From Cyanidioschyzon merolae (Eukaryota): a stretch of DNA of 64,000 nt. Positions 32,178 to 43,191 of the stretch are shown piece after piece. The stretch is from assembly GCA_000091205.1 (NCBI GenBank), contig AP006494.2. One strand, given 5' to 3'. The first letter of the stretch is position 1; every line of letters begins with the position of its first letter. The notes under the pieces are model-generated. The model ran no database searches, was not told where the DNA came from, and saw only the letters and a list, made by a program, of their open reading frames with translations. The position numbers and the translations under genes are program-made.

Positions 32178-33300
32178 ATCTTTTGCTCCGCGGTGCGAGG
32201 CAATCTTCTGTTCCGGTAGGTTCGGTGTTGGTCTGGTATTCGATCTAGTGCAGGGCCGGTGCAGCACTGTGCTCTAGTGGTCGCGTGGACTGCCACAGAA
32301 CCGGGGCCAAAAGCCTTTGGGTTGTGTGCTAGCTCAGGGATCTGCGGATGAGCGGCGTGACGACCATGCGCGTTCGTCATTCACCGATGCTGGACAGCAA
32401 TGGTCACAGTCGACCTCCACGGCTGTGTCGAAGTCGGAATTCGCCTGCCTGGCAAATATAGCACTTTCCTCTGTAAACTGCGTGGAACGATCATGTCTAG
32501 TTTTCCATCGTCAGCTGAATCCATGCAGGCGCCCCAACGGCGACGCCAAATCCCCAGTTTACGACCGGATTGTATCGTCCGACTCGGTGAATGCGACGAC
32601 TGGACTAGTACTGGTCAAAGCACATCGCTGTCGTTGTTGCTGTTGCTGCAGCAGCGGCAGCAGCGGCGGTTATGCTTGACCAGCGTGCCGCCTTTCTGCA
32701 GCGCCACAGCCGCGGTCAAAGCGTCCGTGCGCAAAGAACGCGCTGAAATATCCAACACCGTACGCATCTCCACCAGGCAAGAGTTAGGGACCAGCATGCA
32801 TCAACATCTGACTTTCACAGACCGCTACAGTTTTCATGCTCGGACGCTCCATTTGCGGATCTTCAACATTAGCCAAGCGTTGCTGCATCCTTTTTCTCGC
32901 CGCATGAGCCAGCAGAGGCGAGCTCCAGAGCGCCGTGGGTGACTGCCGTTTCGGCTATGAATCCTCGCGCCACACCAAGGCATTGTTCAGCGGAAGCGTA
33001 TCGCGTGCTATCCACCGACTGCTCGTGCCCGCATGCGGACCGATATCACGTCGGGGCACCGCTTGTTGTAACAAGCAGCGAGCACGCTCGGTCAATGAAC
33101 CAATCATGTGCAGCGTTTCCATGCCGCTCGAAGCTTGCTCGCTATCCCGAAAAGTGTACGTTCGCTCGCAAACCCTCCTCGCTAGTCAACGGATCGTCAT
33201 GATGAACCTCCAGGGAAATGAATCCCGCGTTATCGTCGCTACCCGTGGTCGGGACTCTGCTCGTATTCGATTCCAAAGCTGCGAGCTTCAAATCCGACTT

Positions 33301-35028
33301 TTACTGCTCTGGACGGACGCGCTCTAGAAGCAGCTGCGCTTCAGAATAAAGAGGGCGCTGCAGGGTCCGGACCCAGCCACAATGTTGCGGAAAGGGTTCG
33401 CGCGGTTCCCAGTGATACAACCGCGCCCAGATCCGTAGATACATATCCTCAAGAGGTGCGGGTGTCATCAAAGTCTCTGGAGACTGATGCGCTCGCACGG
33501 GACGTTCTTGGCGAGACTGTGACGCCGTCGACGTCGACGACGATGACGTCGCGTCCGATGCGTGCAACGCCAAGACAGCGGGATCCAATAAAAGCCACTG
33601 CAGAAGCTCTGGAGTCTTCATGTGACTTGCGAGGAATCGAAGCGTGATGCGCGGCTCAAGACCGAGATCTTCAGCAATTTGCAAAATAATGGCGACTTGC
33701 ATTTGGTCTGTGTATGGAAGCAGGACTTTTCGAATCCTGGACTGGGTCTCGGATGTGAGAGGCGACGTGCTGGACTCTGTCATCGCAGCCTGCAAGCAGG
33801 CGAATGGCTGCGGTAGCATGTGCACCTGAATGCTGTGCAGGAGCGTACGCGTGTCCATGCTGGAAGCCGCTGGCACGTACAAGCTCTCGACGAGATCCCG
33901 GAATGCTGCCAGATGATGTTCATCACCAGGTTTTGGGGTCGATGGGTATCCCCGCATCCAGGGAACTGGTGTCCGTTGCTCAAAAATTGCATGCCTGGGG
34001 CAAGAGACACGCAAACGACCGCGGGAAACGAATCGCGGCTCTGGACGCCACCAGCCTGCCAGCAGTGCACACATGGGATGAAACACAACCGGGCAAGGAA
34101 CGTGGTGATCATCGTCTGGTTCGGAGTTTTTCTGCAACGGTACCCAGCAGCAGAACCGAAGTCCTCCCGCTGTTTCACAAAGCGTACATTGCTTGCTCAA
34201 GCACGAGTCGTGGTTAGGTGTCTCGTCCAGCACTTGCCGCGACACATGCTGCGGTGTGTGCGCGGATAGCGCAATCCCCTCGGCCGTTGAGGTCTCCTTC
34301 CCGAGTGAGGCTCTGTCTTCGCTCTTGACTGCGTCCTGGCAGCACCGAAATGCATCGAGGCATTCCCACGGCTCCGTAGGCTCTAATCGCGGATCCGCCA
34401 AGGCACAGATAACGTGAACGTAGCGCTCAACATGCGGTAGCTCGCTTGCAGCGTTCAGAGCGTTTGCTTCGATGATAGGTTTCATCGCTAGTCTATAGTC
34501 ACGTATCGGACACAATACACACTCAAATGGAGGCTCAGCGAGACACCGGGGCGATTCGCCGTGCGTACCGACGCCTGGACCAACAGCAGTCGACGGGTCC
34601 CTTTTCTTTCGTGAATCAACGGGGCTACTGGAAAATTCCAGATCGCAGTTATTTTCCGTGCGTGCATCCTGGTAGTTGTCCGGAAACACTGCATCAACCG
34701 ATGACGGTTCCGCTGTAGAACGTCGAGTGTCCCAGCAGACCGCGCAGTTCCACGCGAGTCCGAGCCAAGCCGGTTTCGTGCAGCTTCCCCCCGTTATCGG
34801 TGTCTGGTCTACGAGAGGGCTACGATGGACCTTCCGGTGCCGTTTCTGTGGGTTTTCGTTGGTTGGATGCACGTGTTGAGAAACGCTTGGTACTGATCTC
34901 CCTGGGAAGGGGAACGCCGGATAGCCGTAGCATGGCGCGTGTACCACGAGGCCACAGGCTTCGCAAGTCAGCGGCGGGTCTGACGGGGTAAACGGCTCGA
35001 GACAGACCCCACACAGTACCTTTTGCAT
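33301..35028 (-). CDS. PHD-zinc knuckle-ePHD (PZP-type, BRPF/JADE/AF10-like) chromatin reader protein
   Basis: N-terminal C4HC3 pattern CGVCLEPF..CEACGLVVHAPCYG followed by a second extended Cys/His cluster (CVLCPIRDY..HVICA..CTLCETAGGLRFCCW..HHVPCPVVFHPMCA). Confidence 0.7.
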   Translation of the reverse strand: MQKVLCGVCLEPFTPSDPPLTCEACGLVVHAPCYGYPAFPFPGRSVPSVSQHVHPTNENPQKRHRKVHRSPLVDQTPITGGSCTKPAWLGLAWNCAVCWDTRRSTAEPSSVDAVFPDNYQDARTENNCDLEFSSSPVDSRKKRDPSTAVGPGVGTHGESPRCLAEPPFECVLCPIRDYRLAMKPIIEANALNAASELPHVERYVHVICALADPRLEPTEPWECLDAFRCCQDAVKSEDRASLGKETSTAEGIALSAHTPQHVSRQVLDETPNHDSCLSKQCTLCETAGGLRFCCWVPLQKNSEPDDDHHVPCPVVFHPMCALLAGWWRPEPRFVSRGRLRVSCPRHAIFEQRTPVPWMRGYPSTPKPGDEHHLAAFRDLVESLYVPAASSMDTRTLLHSIQVHMLPQPFACLQAAMTESSTSPLTSETQSRIRKVLLPYTDQMQVAIILQIAEDLGLEPRITLRFLASHMKTPELLQWLLLDPAVLALHASDATSSSSTSTASQSRQERPVRAHQSPETLMTPAPLEDMYLRIWARLYHWEPREPFPQHCGWVRTLQRPLYSEAQLLLERVRPEQ

Positions 35029-37480
35029 CCTTTGGAGAAGTTTGTTGCCTAACCGACCCTACCAAACCAGCTTCAGAAGTCGCGGTTTTGGTCAACTCAA
35101 ACGTGGACTTTGCGTCGTGCTGCGGACAAACCCAGACAGCGCTGGTTGTCGCTTGGCGGTGGCGTCTCGCGGGCGCAGCACGCCGGCGTTGCCGCTGCGG
35201 ATGCTACACTCGAGTCGGATAAAAATCGAGCACAGAATAGCTTTCCATCTCTTCCCAACACTTCATTTATTTCATAGATTTTTCTTAAATGTACAACCTG
35301 AGCGATCGAAGTGCAGCAATGAGAGATGAAGAGATCATGCGTAAATGAAGGATTCTTGGTCGTTTTTTGGAGTGGCTCTTTCGACGCTTTTCCGCTGGAC
35401 CTCGTTACGTCATCACGATGAAGGTGCGTCACCACCGACGTCACCACGCGTGCCCGAAATAACCGATATTATTATCCAGCTCACACGTTCAAGGTTTTAG
35501 CCTTCTCCGATCCTTACGTGCAGTATGCTCTAATTCACGTACCCGTCGAGGTTTCGAGCTTTCTATTTGAAGTCATCTGCTGGGCGCACTCGTTGGCGCC
35601 TATGGATTGACGGGACATATACTCGACGGCGTGCCTCGATGATGTTTCCGCAGGCTCATGCAGAATATGTTATGAGTTTCTCATGTCAACGGATCGATTC
35701 CGTTCCAAACGCGAATCCTCCTCTCTTCGTGGCCATAACTACAACAAAACGCGACAGCAGCATGATTCCTGTAACGGGAGACGCGCCAACAGGCTCCCGC
35801 CTCTTCTGTCTGCACGGAAACGGGTGCCGGATTCGCACCTGAGCCATCACAACGATCGCTTGGAGTGGAACGTGCGCCAATGCTTCGCGTGAAAGGAGTA
35901 TCGACGGATCGAAACTTCTCGACTTGTTTTGCATACCGAGCCTCGCTCCTGATCCTGTTTCCGTAGCGGACAATGTCGCATTCCACAAATCCTCTATCGA
36001 ATAAGACAGCGTGCCGTTGCGCGTGCAGCGCACAGAGTGCTCATCGACGGGATCGCGAAGAAGAAGCTCTTCTTCGTAGGGTATTGCACAGGGCGCGTAA
36101 ACGGAGGAAAGCATCGAGGCGCGCCGCTCTCAACCCGTCCAGGGCAAGTACCGGGCAATGACGCAAGCGTTCACGCGCCACAGATCTACGCTCGAGGAAG
36201 GACGGGGTTTCGTGGACTTCCTGAAACATCTAAGCACATTCAAACGTCATCGTTGCAAAAGACGCACTGTGGCTGTATAAAACGAATAGAAACAACGCAA
36301 ACGAAGCGTACATCGTACCTACTGCTTCTGCGTAAACAACGTCGACAACACCCAGAAGCCCCCACTCGCGACATGCACGTCACCATCAACATCCCGCAAC
36401 TGCTTCCAACGGAGCTGGGGGCAACGGCGAAACCGACGTATTGAACGCCAGCGATAAAAGAGCATATACAAGAGCAATCATCAAAAAACCCGCAAAGACT
36501 TGTGTTGTTGATGAAGATAGAAACCTAGAACTTAGTGTTTACGTCCGAGTTCACGAAATGGACCCATCCCATGGTTCATACGAACATCGCTGCCTAGCGC
36601 AGGCGCTCCGCGAGGATGCGATCATTGCGTGCAGATCGCCTCAGCGAGAGAGCGCCCCATCGAGATGCTCGCCCCAGGGTATATTCTAACAGCCAAGTTT
36701 CTCCAGCGTGTCGTGCAACGAAGACAAGCCTGCATCCGCAGACTGTCCGAGCACAAACTGACGACGAGACCCGATTCTACGTCGGGTGAACCACGCCTCG
36801 AGCCGACGCCCTTTGTGGTATAGCAAAGCCGTTCGAGCTCTATGAACTATCTGCTCCAGCGGTTCAAGCGCAAAGGTGGATGATTAGGGTAGGTACGAGG
36901 CACACACGATAGGACGTATGAAACGACCAAAATATCCGAGAAGAAGTCTAGGTAATGTAACTTGGAGGTAGGTGCTTCATCACGGACGCTTTCCCGAAAG
37001 CCGTTATCCGTTCCGAATTCTAGGATCCATGGTGAATGAAAACGTCTTGTCAATAAAAAAATCGCGCTCAATGGGCGCACCCCGGAGATCGGGCAGTCAA
37101 CTGACGCGATGCGCGTGCCGTTGTTGAAGGGAAACTCAATTGGGATCAGTAACGTGTTGTTCAGCTGTGAACGTCGGATATCGGTTCAGGCCATAGCAAA
37201 GTACAGTCTTTCGGTTCATTTTTGTTTCAAACTTCAAACAAGTCCAGTCAAGTGTTTTTTTGCAGTATATAACAGCAGGGTTCAAAGAGCGTTCTTGTTC
37301 AAAAAAAACTAATAAAAGGAAAACTATGCAAAAGTAAGTCGACGATCCTGGAGGCTCAGTGTCGCCGGCTACCAGAAGAAAACAAAAAACAGTGCCGAGT
37401 CCAGAAGAAAATGAAGAGAAGGAGGACTGAAAGGGGAGGCTCTACGTCGAAGGCGGCAAGAAAGACGACTGTACGACGAG

Positions 37481-39740
37481 ATGGTTGTGAAAACCTTTCT
37501 TCTTGGACATATGAAGGATCCCTACAAGGAAAAGTTGCGAGACGCTATCGAAACACGTGTCGACTCGTACTCGAAGAGTATTGTCAAGGCGTCGTCAGGA
37601 CTGATGCATTTAGCGAGGGACATGTACGAATACGTCGCGCACATGGAAACAGTCGAGATTCCAGACGAGTTTTTCGACAAGACGTTTATTGGTCGCCTGA
37701 TGCTTGGTACAGAGGAAGCGCGGAAGGAAAATGAGCTAGTGCATGCCCTCCACGAAAATTTTGCGGAATTCCGCTTCGAGGGTATTCGAATCAAGGGTGA
37801 CTGGGGTATTTAAGACTCTGGGGCAATGAAGTACATTACGAACCTGAAGAACCATTTGACAAAGAACCTGGAACGCTTCATGAAACGCGCCGTGTTTGCA
37901 CCCTACCCAGGCATCTCTTGCAATGGAAAATGGGCGATTATCCATGGCATCACGAATGATCGAAAGTATGAAGATGAGATCGAATTTGTCGACAAGAAGG
38001 CGTCAAAAGAGAGCACGAAAGAAGCTTCTGCGATCCGCGCGGTTTTACAAGAGCATCGTGCGCGACTGGGGCTGGCGAATCCAACAGGCAAGGTATCAGA
38101 GCTCAAAAAAGATAAGGAGAGATACTATCGCCTCATCCTGCGCTATTTTGTGTTGTTGGACCGTGAACTCGAACGCGAAGCGGAGATGAAGCTGAGTGAA
38201 GAGACAAATGAAGAGTGGGAGAGACGGAAGGCTTTCCTAACGGGGAAGCGCGTCAATGTGGTTCCGTTGGGCAACATCAAGTCACATTTTGTGACTATCG
38301 ACTCCGCAGTCCTTCATGGCATCATGAGGGAGATCAGTCCCGAGTTCGATGTTAGCAGGGAGGAATTCTCCGGTGAAAACCGGGAGACGTACTGGATGAG
38401 CATCTTCGATTTCAAACGTCCCAAAGTGAGCAAGAAAAAGGTATTCACAGGGTCGATCGAAACAGATGGAGTAGCCTTGTGTGTACACTATCGGCGGTTG
38501 AAGAAAGTTCGTCCAACTCCGCCTTCGGCTGCGCCCGTCATGAAGGATGAAGAAAACAAAGAGGAGGTTCCTGTGACGCAGGAGGAGCAGGATGACGACC
38601 TTGTCGTTGGCGTGACGAAGGATGAAGAAAACAAAGAGGAGGATCCTGTGACGCAGGAGGAGCAGGATAACGATTTTGTCGTTGGCGTGACGAAGGATGA
38701 AGATGAGAAGGAGGCGAGTCCTGCGACGCAGGAGGTGGAGAATAACGACTTTATGGTTGACGCGACGAAGCATGAAGAAAAGAAGGAGGCGGATCCTGCG
38801 ACCCACAAAGTGCAGGATAACGACTTTGTCGTTGGCGCGGACCCTGGGAATACGAGTATCATAAACATCGCTGCTCCCAAGCGTGCGGAAGATGGTACTG
38901 ATGGTAACTTACGTCAGAAAGACATGCGTCTGTTGAGGTTCTCGAGAGCCAGATACTATCGAGAATCGGGAATCATAAATGCAAGGAAGAAAATCGAGAC
39001 TTGGAATTCAGGAATGAAAGAGCACCTGGAAGCTTCGAGCGAGGTGACGAGCCGAGGAGCGGACTTTGAAGCTTTTCGGAAATTCACGGAAGTTCGCGTT
39101 GCTCATTGGGAGGCGCCGTGGGAGGAGTATACCAAGCCCCGGTGGGCTCGTTGGCGTATGAATTTGTATTGTGGGAAGCAGCGGGCATTCGCGAATTTTT
39201 TCAATCAACTGAGTGCCCTGAAGGAGAATCAAAGTGAGAGGTTGGTAGTGACGTACGGAGCAGGGCGCTGGATGACCCAAAAAGGAACTACGCCAGCTCC
39301 AACGACGAGAACGTACAAGGAGTGTGCACGGCGTTTTGTTACGATACCTGTAGATGAGTTCCGAACCTCGTATACACACCATGAGCTGGTGTGTACACTT
39401 CAGAGAGTTCGAGATGGAAAAGTGCCAGACGAACCCTGAGGATATGAAAAAGTACGGACCGCTGACGGAGGAGCAAATGGAAAGGAGAGCGAAATTTCGA
39501 GGGCTACTTGCATTAGTAAGTACAACCAGTGATGGCACGAAACGTATGGAGTTTGTGAACCGTGACTTTCATGCCGCTGTGAATATACGGAGATGCACGG
39601 TGCTGGAGAAGAGACCTCCAGAGTGGACAAGAGAGAACTTTGTTGGACAACCTCTCAAAGTCGAACTATATGAGAAAAAGTTGGAAGCAATAATAGGTGG
39701 CCGGTCCAGAAAGGCTGGGACGCATCTGCACGTCAGTTGA
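37481..39740 (+). pseudogene. Fanzor-like nuclease ORF, disrupted by in-frame TAA (37811-37813) and a +1/-2 frameshift in a tgtgt run (about 39387-39397)
   Basis: Three track ORFs (37481-37813, 37826-39439, 39354-39740) concatenate into one protein when aligned to the 19093 and 4795 copies. The TAA replaces a sense codon (GI*DSGAMKYITNLKNH versus YEYGAIKYLTNLKNH). The frame changes exactly where ..HHELVC / CVHFREF overlap. Confidence 0.65.
38543..38840 (+). repeat. Four tandem approximately 75-bp repeats inside the Fanzor ORF encoding 25-aa acidic units (KDEENKEE[V/D]PVTQEEQD[D/N]D[L/F]VVGVT)
   Basis: Read directly from the protein and DNA. The last unit runs straight into the RuvC-I strand [12 protein letters not shown]. 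Confidence 0.75.
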
Positions 39741-39827
39741 TGACGATTTGTATAGCGCGCGTTCGCCGCCACTACTGTACACTGCCAGCGACGTCGTTCG
39801 ACTTTCGAAGGGCGGTGACACAAGACC

Positions 39828-40871
39828 GTGTACATAAACATGTCTCAGTTGGATGACACACACGATCTACTAAACATGGGGGATGCGGGTTCCGGATCGA
39901 AAGAATCAGACTCTGCCTTGAGGCGTGGTGGTGACGTTTCGGGCGGCAAAGCAGCGCCAGTGAACGGTGCCGTGGCTGCTTCCGAAAGCGACAACGCAAG
40001 CAGCAGTAGCGCCGCATTACGTAATAGCAGCGCGTCGTTCCGGGAAGGTCCACCTGGAAGGCCACCTCTATTGAGCCAGAGGTTTACGGTGGCCCGTCAG
40101 CATCTACCGGGTCAGCTGCATGAGATCCTTATGTGGCGGAACAAGTACCGCTCGGGGCTCGCTTTCGCCTTGGGTAACTTGTTCTTCTATTTCACCACGT
40201 TCGGGGAACTGAGCATCATCACCGTATTCTCTATGATCGTGTTTTGGATCGTGCTACTGGGTTCGTGTCTCGTTCTCCTGAGCCGCGCACTGGCGTACCT
40301 GACGTCAGCGAGCCCCGTACCTGGCGCATCACCCGTTGGTACGACGGCACCGACGCGTCGCTTGCTGAACCGAGAAACTGCGGAGCGGCTCACGGAGAGC
40401 ACCATGAAAACGGTTAACGGGTTGGAGAACCTTTTGCGCGACGCAGCGCATTGTCGTGATTGGCAGCTCACCGTGAAGGTGCTCCTTGGCTCCTATCTGA
40501 TCGGCAAACTGGGACCGCTGTTTCTGAATATGTACATGGGATGGCTCATCTTTCTCAGCGTAATGACGTTACCCAAGGTTTACGAATGGAAGCAGCGTGA
40601 CATTGACGATCTCATTCGGGAAATTCAACCCGTTCTCCAGAGCAAGCTCTATGAAGCCGAGGCGCTCATCAAGAATCATATCAGCAGCGTGCTCTCCCAG
40701 ATACCGCCCAAGGTCCACGAGTACTCCGAGATGCTTCGAGCGCAGCTGCGCGCGCTGACGGGCGCATCCGACCGTGCACGAAGCAGCAGCAGCCGCCCGC
40801 CGTTTTCAGCCGGAACCAGTGCCGCAACATCGTCGTCCATGACAACCAGCGCTGAAACAAAGGAAGACTAA
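39828..40871 (+). CDS. Reticulon-like protein (reticulon homology domain)
   Basis: W..KYRSGLAFALGNLFFYFTTFGELSIITVFSMIVFWIVLLGSCLVLLS, then a loop, then VKVLLGSYLIGKLGPLFLNMYMGWLIFLSVMTLPKVYE. Two long hydrophobic hairpins with the conserved GN..F and W motifs of the RHD. Confidence 0.65.
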   Translation: MYINMSQLDDTHDLLNMGDAGSGSKESDSALRRGGDVSGGKAAPVNGAVAASESDNASSSSAALRNSSASFREGPPGRPPLLSQRFTVARQHLPGQLHEILMWRNKYRSGLAFALGNLFFYFTTFGELSIITVFSMIVFWIVLLGSCLVLLSRALAYLTSASPVPGASPVGTTAPTRRLLNRETAERLTESTMKTVNGLENLLRDAAHCRDWQLTVKVLLGSYLIGKLGPLFLNMYMGWLIFLSVMTLPKVYEWKQRDIDDLIREIQPVLQSKLYEAEALIKNHISSVLSQIPPKVHEYSEMLRAQLRALTGASDRARSSSSRPPFSAGTSAATSSSMTTSAETKED

Positions 40872-41496
40872 GAGGCATCAGCAGGAGCGGTTATGGGCAT
40901 AAAGCTTAGTCTGCGATCTTCACAACAGATGAAACTGGTGTATTTTAAACGCGAGGTGAGGGGATGGAGATCCATTGTATTTGGACTGGTATAAAGTGCT
41001 TGAACTCGTTCGCCCTGGGCAGCATGCAGACGCTCACCATCCTTCCTGGCGAGGAACGCGTTTCGGACCGTGTATGTCTGCTGTTGACGGCTACAGCAAC
41101 TGACAGACGCCTGCTGCGCGTGCCTGTGCGCCGCGTGAATGAAGCAGGAGCAGCATGCCCTGCGCTCACTTGGACAACTTGCTCATAACCCGGAGACTGC
41201 ACCGTACGTGGCGACCAAGTTGTATCTGCGTTGCCGAGAGCATGCCTCACGCAGACGCGCCCTTCGAGTAACGAATGGGATACCGCCGCTACGGAGGATA
41301 CCCGGGGGGAATCGTCATCGCCACCATCCCCGAGGAAAGACGCGCACCTCGATGGCTGCGCCTCTCGAGCGGGGCGAGGCGGCCGCCGTCGGCTCCATGT
41401 CATAAATGTCTAGTTTGATCTCATTCGAGGCGGAAGTGCTGACAGCGCTGTGCGCCTCGATAGACGGCTTCACTGGCGCGTTCCAGGTGTGCCATT

Positions 41497-43191
41497 GTGT
41501 GCCCTGCTACGAAGCGCACTCGATCCTACTGGGGGTTACAGGGTGCCCGCTCGTGCTTTCCAATCGACGAGGACATGGGGGATTTCTTGTTAAACGGGAA
41601 CCCAAAGTCGCCAGTGGAACGCAAGCTTGCGTCTTCGCCCGTGCAGAAAGCAAAGCCGCTGCCTCCGTGTCCTTTTAACGAGCAGGAGCTTTTTTACTGC
41701 AGCGACGGTGCCTCCGCTGCGGAAGTTTTCGAGAACTCCACCGTAGGCTACGCTTACAACGACATCATACTCCTGCCTGGGCATATCTACTTCTCTTCGG
41801 ATGATGTGAGCTTAGAAACGCGTATATCGCGTCGCATCGCGCTGAAAACCCCGCTTGTCTCGTCGCCGATGGATACGGTGACCGAGTCCGCGATGGCGAT
41901 TCACATGGCGCTGCACGGGGGTCTCGGAGTCATCCACTACAACAACACGATACGTGAACAGAAGAAAGAGGTTGATCGGGTGAAGCGGTTCGAAAACGGC
42001 TTTATTACGGACCCCAAAACGCTCTCTCCGGAACACACAATCGCCGACGCGAGAGCGATCAAAGCGCGCTACGGCTTTATGGGTATACCGATCACGGAGA
42101 ACGGCGCCATGTATAGCCGGCTGCTGGGGATTGTCACGAATCGTGACATCGAGTTCATCCGCGACCCCAATACCAAGCTCGGCGACGTCATGACCCGAGA
42201 CCTGGTGACTGCCCCCGAAGGCATCGGCCTCGATGAAGCGTACGCGATCGTGAAGGAGAGCAAGAAGGGCAAGTTGCCGATTGTGAATGAGCGCCACGAA
42301 CTCGTAGGACTTGTTGCACGCACGGACATCTTGAAAAACCGGGATTTTCCGAACGCGACAAAGGATCGGGTGGGAAAGAAACTTCTCTGTGGCGCAGCGA
42401 TCGGTACACGCCTGGAGGATCGCGAACGCCTGGATGCACTCGTGGAGGTCGGGGTTGACCTCATTGTCCTTGATTCGTCCCAGGGCGACTCGGTATTTCA
42501 ATTGGAGATGCTTCGGTATATTAAGAACAAGTACAGCCACCTCGAGGTCGTCTGTGGGAACGTTGTGACCACGACCCAGGCGTACCATTTGCTCAAAGCA
42601 GGCGCTGACGGGTTACGCATCGGTATGGGGTGCGGCAGCATCTGCACAACCCAGGAGGTCATGGCGTGTGGTCGACCACAAGCCACTGCAGTGTATCAGG
42701 TAAGCAAGTTTGCGCGCGAGCACGGGGTCCCGACCATTGCCGACGGCGGTGTGAGCAGCATCGGCCATATTATCAAGGGTCTCGCATGTGGCGCCAGCTG
42801 TGTCATGATGGGCAGCATGCTGGCTGGTACCGAGGAGGCACCCGGCGAGTATTTCTACAAGGACGGTGTTCGCCTGAAAAAGTACCGCGGAATGGGTAGC
42901 GCTGAAGCAATGCAAAAAGGCAGCGCTGTGCGCTATTTTAGCGAAGATGATCGGATTTTTGTGGCGCAGGGGGTCAGCGGCGCCGTCGTCGACAAGGGTT
43001 CACTACGACGATACCTCCCGTATTTGATCAATGGTATCAAACACGGTTTTCAAGATCTGGGCGTACCCAGTTTGGAAGAGTTGCATAACCGGCTGTACAA
43101 CGGAAGATTACGGTTTCAAGTGCGCACGCTCGCGGGCCAACTCGAAGGTGCCGTGCACTCTCTCTACACTTATGAACGTAGCGCAGTTTAG
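41497..43191 (+). CDS. IMPDH: Inosine-5'-monophosphate dehydrogenase (with CBS pair); the likely true start is Met at about 41575
   Basis: [50 protein letters not shown] region, GAAIGTR, catalytic loop [39 protein letters not shown]. Confidence 0.9.
   Translation: MCPATKRTRSYWGLQGARSCFPIDEDMGDFLLNGNPKSPVERKLASSPVQKAKPLPPCPFNEQELFYCSDGASAAEVFENSTVGYAYNDIILLPGHIYFSSDDVSLETRISRRIALKTPLVSSPMDTVTESAMAIHMALHGGLGVIHYNNTIREQKKEVDRVKRFENGFITDPKTLSPEHTIADARAIKARYGFMGIPITENGAMYSRLLGIVTNRDIEFIRDPNTKLGDVMTRDLVTAPEGIGLDEAYAIVKESKKGKLPIVNERHELVGLVARTDILKNRDFPNATKDRVGKKLLCGAAIGTRLEDRERLDALVEVGVDLIVLDSSQGDSVFQLEMLRYIKNKYSHLEVVCGNVVTTTQAYHLLKAGADGLRIGMGCGSICTTQEVMACGRPQATAVYQVSKFAREHGVPTIADGGVSSIGHIIKGLACGASCVMMGSMLAGTEEAPGEYFYKDGVRLKKYRGMGSAEAMQKGSAVRYFSEDDRIFVAQGVSGAVVDKGSLRRYLPYLINGIKHGFQDLGVPSLEELHNRLYNGRLRFQVRTLAGQLEGAVHSLYTYERSAV

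Larger units (their letters stand above)
36900..39811 (+). mobile_element. Fanzor/TnpB-family (OMEGA-like RNA-guided RuvC nuclease) element, longest copy: left-end repeat, 5' UTR, disrupted ORF about 750 codons, and about 70-bp conserved 3' tail
   Basis: The left end 36900-37080 belongs to the A/B/C repeat family. The 5' UTR (gtatataacagcagggttcaaagagcgttc) is shared with 18850-18930 and 57260-57300. The ORF carries Ruv[15 protein letters not shown] (38834-38870), RuvC-III NRDFHAAVNIRR (39558-39593) and a TSYTHHELVC..C Zn-finger remnant. Homology with locus 1 continues about 70 bp past the stop to about 39811. Confidence 0.65.

Noticed and set aside
36895-36960. Apparent similarity between the 60 nt upstream of the left-end repeats (aaacgacc..atccgagaa) and the Fanzor coding segment 38320-38345 (..cagtcccgag..), which might suggest the left-end repeat is an insertion inside a Fanzor gene at both loci
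   Set aside because: The match is short (about 10 of 13) and no further Fanzor coding homology exists upstream of 36895. It is more parsimonious that the repeat unit simply begins at about 36900/19918 and that copy 3 is truncated at that junction.
39370-39403. A 34-nt GT..AG interval that would restore the Fanzor reading frame if spliced
   Set aside because: Removing it deletes the conserved ..YTHHELVC zinc-finger residues that align with the other copy. A 1-2-nt slip in the tgtgt run explains the frame change without loss of conserved sequence.
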